IMG/VR virus record: IMGVR_UViG_3300010355_001052
Origin: an uncultured virus (IMG/VR IMGVR_UViG_3300010355_001052)
Lineage: Duplodnaviria > Heunggongvirae > Uroviricota > Caudoviricetes
DNA: 62,392 nt
Direction: 5' to 3' (one strand)
Shown: in pieces, positions 57,928-62,392 of the stretch
Position numbering within the stretch: position 1 is the first letter of the stretch
Layout: each line of letters begins with the position of its first letter
Translations under genes and position numbers: made by a program
The notes under the pieces: generated by a model
Told to the model about the DNA's origin: nothing
Seen by the model: the letters and a program-made list of their open reading frames with translations, nothing else
The model's database searches: none

Positions 57928-58180
57928 AGAATATAACCTAAAAATGAGTTCAGTTTGTGTTAATTGTAGAAAAACGTATGGTTACCATTATAGTTCAAGA
58001 TTTAATGGGAAAGAAGTAATATCTTGTAGACCTATGCGATATGGAGAACTTTATGTAGGTACATATTTTTCTACAGAATTAGATGAAGCTCAACTACAAC
58101 ATGAAATTGAAAGAAATCTAATACGGATCAGACATGCTCTTCTTACACATGTAAAGCATAATGGACAGACAAATAGATAA
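57911..58180 (+). CDS. Microprotein, CxxC-H-C plus shared C-terminal helix
   Basis: CVNC...H...C; QHEIERNLIRI. Confidence 0.6.
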   Translation: MQEGVEEYNLKMSSVCVNCRKTYGYHYSSRFNGKEVISCRPMRYGELYVGTYFSTELDEAQLQHEIERNLIRIRHALLTHVKHNGQTNR

Positions 58181-58355
58181 AATTGATCCTTATATATGGG
58201 ATGAAAAAGTTTTAATGAAGCTATTAAAGGATATGATGTTACTTGAAAAGGGTCGTCCACGGTTAAATAAGGAAGATCCTGATTCCATCAAAAATGAAAT
58301 TGATACTCTATTAAAAAAAGCTGAAGAAAAGCTTGGAAAAAACAGTAAAAAATAA
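58161..58355 (+). CDS. Microprotein with shared C-terminal helix
   Basis: IKNEIDTLLKKAEEKL. Confidence 0.6.
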   Translation: MDRQIDKIDPYIWDEKVLMKLLKDMMLLEKGRPRLNKEDPDSIKNEIDTLLKKAEEKLGKNSKK

Positions 58356-58358
58356 GAT

Positions 58359-58541
58359 ATGGCAAAACTATATGTTGGTTTCAATCTAGTAAAAGATTTT
58401 GTAAATGAAAAAATTTACGAGTTTAGTTCTGAGTGGTTAGATCATGTTATGGAGATGCTTTTTGAATCTATTGAAAGAAGCTTAAGAAAACTAACAGAAG
58501 AACATAGTAAACTCCCATCACATAAAGAATCTTATCTATGA
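58359..58541 (+). CDS. Microprotein with shared C-terminal helix
   Basis: FESIERSLRKLTEE. Confidence 0.55.
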   Translation: MAKLYVGFNLVKDFVNEKIYEFSSEWLDHVMEMLFESIERSLRKLTEEHSKLPSHKESYL

Positions 58542-58750
58542 AACTTGATACAAGATGTCCTTTGTGTAAAGGTGATCAAATACATGTATCCAATAATAAT
58601 TGGTATTTATGTCCTAAATGTGAACCTATTACATTAATACATTTTTGTAATAATTCTATAGAGTTCTATTTAACAACAGCTGAAAAAATTATGAAACAAA
58701 AGCAAGCATCAATAATTGCTAGTGTTTTAAACCACAAAAAATTAACTTAG
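58538..58750 (+). CDS. Zn-ribbon microprotein with shared C-terminal helix
   Basis: CPLC...CPKC; NSIEFYLTTAEKIM. Confidence 0.6.
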   Translation: MKLDTRCPLCKGDQIHVSNNNWYLCPKCEPITLIHFCNNSIEFYLTTAEKIMKQKQASIIASVLNHKKLT

Positions 58751-58751
58751 T

Positions 58752-59114
58752 ATGGAGAATTATCTTGACTATTTTAATAAAATGAAAGTTGGAGAAAAAG
58801 TCTATGGAAGTTTAGTTTTAATTAATGATGAAAGAAGAAGAGTACATGGATGTTTATATAAACATTCACTAAGTGAATACTATTTTCTACATGAAGATAG
58901 TTTTTATGATGGAGCTAAACCAGGTAGAACACTTTCTACATCATATTCATATTCATGGGGAATTTCTCCAGATCCAGATAGAGTAGATGAAGATTGTGAA
59001 AATTTTTCTTTTCAAATTGATATATCCTATATTGAGATGGAAATTCATTTCTTATTAAAACAAGCAGAAACAAATTTATATTACCAAGCAAATTTATTAA
59101 CAACTAAAACTTAA
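58752..59114 (+). CDS. Hypothetical protein with shared C-terminal helix
   Basis: YIEMEIHFLLKQAETNL. Confidence 0.6.
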   Translation: MENYLDYFNKMKVGEKVYGSLVLINDERRRVHGCLYKHSLSEYYFLHEDSFYDGAKPGRTLSTSYSYSWGISPDPDRVDEDCENFSFQIDISYIEMEIHFLLKQAETNLYYQANLLTTKT

Positions 59115-59119
59115 ACCTT

Positions 59120-59521
59120 ATGAAACTAAAATCAATTCTTCTAGTAGCAGTAATATCATTATTAGCTATTAGCTGTAGTCCAGAGTATGGACCAAACTCA
59201 TCAGAACAAGATCTTGTAGGGGATTGGAAACTGAATCAAACTATATCCTATTACAATGGAGTAGCTGGTCCACCTGAATCATTTAGTGATCCGGTAAACT
59301 GCCACCTAAACCTGAAATCTTCTGCTTACAATGAAGATTATTTAAATGTTACTCATGGTCTGAGTTGTACACCAGTTAACGCCTATTGGAGATTAGAAGA
59401 TGGTGTACTCAACCTTAGTGGTATAATGTACCAGATAATCTCACAGTCTTCTTCTGAATTAGTAATCCAGTATGGTAGTACAAGTGCAGATTTAGCTATT
59501 AAATACTACTTATCTCTTTAA
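59120..59521 (+). CDS. Lipoprotein with lipocalin-like beta-barrel
   Basis: Signal peptide II with lipobox LAIS-C, and LVGDWKL motif. Confidence 0.65.
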   Translation: MKLKSILLVAVISLLAISCSPEYGPNSSEQDLVGDWKLNQTISYYNGVAGPPESFSDPVNCHLNLKSSAYNEDYLNVTHGLSCTPVNAYWRLEDGVLNLSGIMYQIISQSSSELVIQYGSTSADLAIKYYLSL

Positions 59522-59524
59522 ATC

Positions 59525-59971
59525 ATGAAAATTACACTTGCCAAAGCTCTTAAGCTTAAAAATAAAAAAGTTTCTGTTATTAACAAATTAAAGGAACGAA
59601 TAATGGAGAACAATTCTTATAATTCTAAGAATGTACCTTCATATAACTCAAGTAGATTACTTGAGGAATACAACAAGGAAGTTGAATCATTGGTTAATCT
59701 TAAAGTGGCAATTAATACAGCTAATGTTAAGATTACCGGTAGTATTCTCCAACTTTCTGAAATTAAAACTAAGATCATCATGCTCAGAAGTTTAAATACT
59801 AAAGAAGGTGAGCAAACTTATGGTTATGGTTCTAATAGAACTACTGATGTTTTAACAGCAACTATTACAGAAATACAAGCTGACAAAATGGTAGAAGAAT
59901 TAGAATTACAACTAGAAACTATTCAGGATTCTATTGATTATTTCAATGCAACTACTGAAATAGAAATCTAA
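59525..59971 (+). CDS. DIP1984/septicolysin-like coiled-coil protein
   Basis: TLAKALKLKN...N...LKVAINTAN...IQDSIDYFNATTEIEI matches the family pattern as recalled. Confidence 0.6.
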   Translation: MKITLAKALKLKNKKVSVINKLKERIMENNSYNSKNVPSYNSSRLLEEYNKEVESLVNLKVAINTANVKITGSILQLSEIKTKIIMLRSLNTKEGEQTYGYGSNRTTDVLTATITEIQADKMVEELELQLETIQDSIDYFNATTEIEI

Positions 59972-59977
59972 AAATCT

Positions 59978-60163
59978 TGACAGTACTTTGATAGAAATTA
60001 ATTATGATTAAATATGTTACATTCCGTCCTTATGGACTTCTAGCTAGCGATGATGATAATGTGTAAAAACTTAAAACTTAAGGACTAAAACATCAATCTT
60101 CAACTTTCAAAACTTATCTTACATATTTTAATTATTAATTAGTACTATTGATAAGTACTGTCA
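59978..60163 (+). ncRNA. Long hairpin RNA with seven heptamer repeats in its loop
   Basis: TGACAGTACTT/AAGTACTGTCA stem plus nested stems; heptamer repeats at 60066-60114. Confidence 0.6.
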
Positions 60164-60181
60164 TTTTTTAAAACATTGATT

Positions 60182-60418
60182 ATGGCTAAAAAAAAGACCA
60201 CAATTCTTACGTGGAACAAAATCAAAAAAGGAGGGGAATTACCTGATTTTTATAAAAGAGTTTTCATTAAATCATCACATGAATACATCACTATAGGGTG
60301 TTTAAGTGAAGAATATTATGATCACGAAGGTAAAGCAACCTGGATATGGATTGATCTAGACAGACAATCTATAGATTTACCAAAATACTGGGCTGAAATT
60401 CCTAAATCAAATGAGTAA
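60182..60418 (+). CDS. DUF551-like small protein
   Basis: WNKI....LP...V....YWAEIP pattern. Confidence 0.5.
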   Translation: MAKKKTTILTWNKIKKGGELPDFYKRVFIKSSHEYITIGCLSEEYYDHEGKATWIWIDLDRQSIDLPKYWAEIPKSNE

Positions 60419-60713
60419 ATCAGAATCTGAAATTGTCTTAACTTTATTATGTGCTAGTCAAGTTTTACATGAAGCCATGGATGATTTACAGCATACTAAA
60501 TTTTACAAACAAAGTCTTAAGCAAGCTGCTAAAAGACTTGAAGAAGAACTTACTAAAGTATGTGACCCCATAATCAAGAAAGTACATCATGAAGATGAAG
60601 AAATCTTTAACTTGATCATGGAAGGTATTGAAAAGGTAAGTAAAAAACTAGCAACAATGGATCCAGCAACAATTGCTAAGGTTGCATTAATACTAGAAGA
60701 AGAATATGAATGA
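60411..60713 (+). CDS. Hypothetical helical protein
   Basis: Overlapping operon ORF. Confidence 0.6.
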   Translation: MSKSESEIVLTLLCASQVLHEAMDDLQHTKFYKQSLKQAAKRLEEELTKVCDPIIKKVHHEDEEIFNLIMEGIEKVSKKLATMDPATIAKVALILEEEYE

Positions 60714-60909
60714 ACATGTCAAAAATATCTGTAAATTATTAGATGAAACTGGTAAAAGATGTAGATATGTTGGTATTACAAAAAATGGTTGGTCTTGTTT
60801 TAAAGCTGATCCTAAATTAAAAATTCAAATTGATAAATCTTGGGCAACAGGTCATACAGCTAAAGGTGACAATTGTGAAGGAGTTAAAAAGTTACACAAA
60901 CAAAAATAA
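60706..60909 (+). CDS. Small Cys-containing protein
   Basis: C...CRY...C...GDNCEG pattern. Confidence 0.55.
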   Translation: MNEHVKNICKLLDETGKRCRYVGITKNGWSCFKADPKLKIQIDKSWATGHTAKGDNCEGVKKLHKQK

Positions 60910-60915
60910 ATAATT

Positions 60916-61152
60916 ATGACTATAGATGAAATACAAATAGGTAAGTGGTACACCATTGTAAGATATGGTCAGGATTCTAAAGACTCTTCTGAACTTAATT
61001 ACATTAAAGGAAGATGTGTTGGAATTAAAGGAAAAGACGTATCACTAAAATTTTTCGCGAATACAGGATATCCCTGGAGAACAACACAAGTAGTTCATGT
61101 AACTACAATTTTATCAGAAACCGGAAGACCCGGATTCATGTCTAATTATTAA
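60916..61152 (+). CDS. Hypothetical SH3-like protein
   Basis: Operon ORF with beta-rich composition. Confidence 0.5.
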   Translation: MTIDEIQIGKWYTIVRYGQDSKDSSELNYIKGRCVGIKGKDVSLKFFANTGYPWRTTQVVHVTTILSETGRPGFMSNY

Positions 61153-61156
61153 TCTT

Positions 61157-61315
61157 ATGAAACCAAAAATATTTATTGAAGGATCAAGAGGTAATTGGCG
61201 TACAAGATTTACAATTGGAGTTCAAACATTTACTGTATGTCAAGAAAGAACTAAAAAAGAAGCTCTTTGGTATTGTAAAATGTTGAAAATAGCATTTAAA
61301 AATCTAAAATCTTAA
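61157..61315 (+). CDS. 52-aa microprotein
   Basis: MKPKIFIEGSRGNWRTRFTIGVQTF...LKS* fills the gap between neighbouring ORFs. Confidence 0.55.
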   Translation: MKPKIFIEGSRGNWRTRFTIGVQTFTVCQERTKKEALWYCKMLKIAFKNLKS

Positions 61316-61317
61316 TT

Positions 61318-62046
61318 ATGTCAAATCCAAAAGAATTAGGTCATCTAACACACATGACCTTAAAAATTGACTTACCCATACCAATGGATTTTGATATGGA
61401 ATACAATAAACTAGTATTACTATGTGGTACAAATGGATCCGGTAAAAGTCTTGTACTTAAATTAAGCTGGCTCTTTAATACAGTCATGAGTCTTGGTTTA
61501 GGTAAAAAACTGATGGGTCTTACAAAAACAAGTTTTGAAGGTTTAGTCCAGTTCACATTTGATAACACATTTGATAACCAAAATTTTAATGGTATGATCA
61601 AAGCTGAATATGAAAATGGAAATATTGTAATAGGTTTAGATCATGGTAAAGTTCTTTCATTAGAGATAATCACAGCAGATACAGTAAACTCTGTACCTAC
61701 ACCTATCTTTATGTCTACTGAAATGAGAACATTTGATCAGATTAAAAGGTTTTTTCAGTTAAGTAAATTATCTAAAATTGAAGATGATATACTTAATTAC
61801 TATAAACTTTATGATGTTACTTATGTTGAGTTCTTGAAGAAAAAGATTAACGGTAGTTACATTTTGTCTGAAGATTTTAAGGATAAACTTAAAGCCTTTG
61901 ATTTAGGAAAATATGATATTCAGTCAATACAAATGACCAATGATACCATGTATTTTACTAATTCTAAAGAAGAGCAAATTGAATTAACTACTCTTTCTAA
62001 AGGTGAACAAAGCCTTCTTAACATGTTTTTAGGAGGCGGAGCTTAA
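61318..62046 (+). CDS. ABC-type (AAA_15/21-like) ATPase lacking its C-terminal Walker B
   Basis: Walker A GTNGSGKS and signature LSKGEQ; the protein ends 11 residues after the signature. Confidence 0.6.
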   Translation: MSNPKELGHLTHMTLKIDLPIPMDFDMEYNKLVLLCGTNGSGKSLVLKLSWLFNTVMSLGLGKKLMGLTKTSFEGLVQFTFDNTFDNQNFNGMIKAEYENGNIVIGLDHGKVLSLEIITADTVNSVPTPIFMSTEMRTFDQIKRFFQLSKLSKIEDDILNYYKLYDVTYVEFLKKKINGSYILSEDFKDKLKAFDLGKYDIQSIQMTNDTMYFTNSKEEQIELTTLSKGEQSLLNMFLGGGA

Positions 62047-62267
62047 TGGGAGATAACCTACATATGACAGCAGAAGATCACCTTCTACAGCAACATGAAG
62101 AGTATATCTCTCAAATATTAGAATCTGGTCAACCATTATGGTTGTTAAATCTATACTCATTAGAACCAGAAGAAAGAGAAGGATTAAGACTAGGTTATAT
62201 GGTCTTTGATCCTGAAGTAGAAGACCGTGATAATTCAAATAAACAGTGGGATGGAAACACAATATAA
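62046..62267 (+). CDS. Acidic hypothetical protein
   Basis: TAATG coupling to the ATPase stop. Confidence 0.55.
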   Translation: MGDNLHMTAEDHLLQQHEEYISQILESGQPLWLLNLYSLEPEEREGLRLGYMVFDPEVEDRDNSNKQWDGNTI

Positions 62268-62392
62268 CTTTTTCCCTTTTAATTTAACTGAAGCTCGTGA
62301 CGGCACACCAGTTAAAAAATGGGTTTATAAAAACAAATGTGTAGTTGAAAATACAATTGGAGGATTTAGAACATTCCTTTGTGGATATGTTG

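Overview
This AT-rich window is part of a crAss-like (Crassvirales-related) podophage genome, probably infecting Bacteroidota. The host inference rests on TAnnTTTG promoters and A-rich leaders without Shine-Dalgarno sites. The standard genetic code appears to be in use. Positions 1-47.9 kb form one minus-strand late/morphogenesis arm. It carries cargo (ejection) proteins, the muzzle/tail-stabilisation protein, tail rings, Cys-rich fibre and decoration proteins, major capsid, scaffold, portal, terminase, two homing endonucleases, a candidate lysis module, a tail fibre and three tRNAs. Positions 48.2-62.4 kb form a divergent plus-strand early arm. It begins with about 10 promoter-microgene-terminator cassettes sharing the motif TA(A/G)CCCATTATT, followed by a dense set of structured non-coding RNAs and small ORFs. 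The most interesting signals are four: (1) a 3'-UTR-derived small RNA at 16.32-16.39 kb complementary to the translation-initiation regions of at least seven late genes; (2) a twister-ribozyme core spread over about 400 nt by large insertions; (3) a DIP1984-like coiled-coil gene followed by a long hairpin RNA displaying seven 7-nt repeats; (4) seven tandem microproteins with a shared C-terminal helix. All assignments come from motif recognition and synteny by eye, and no database searches were run.
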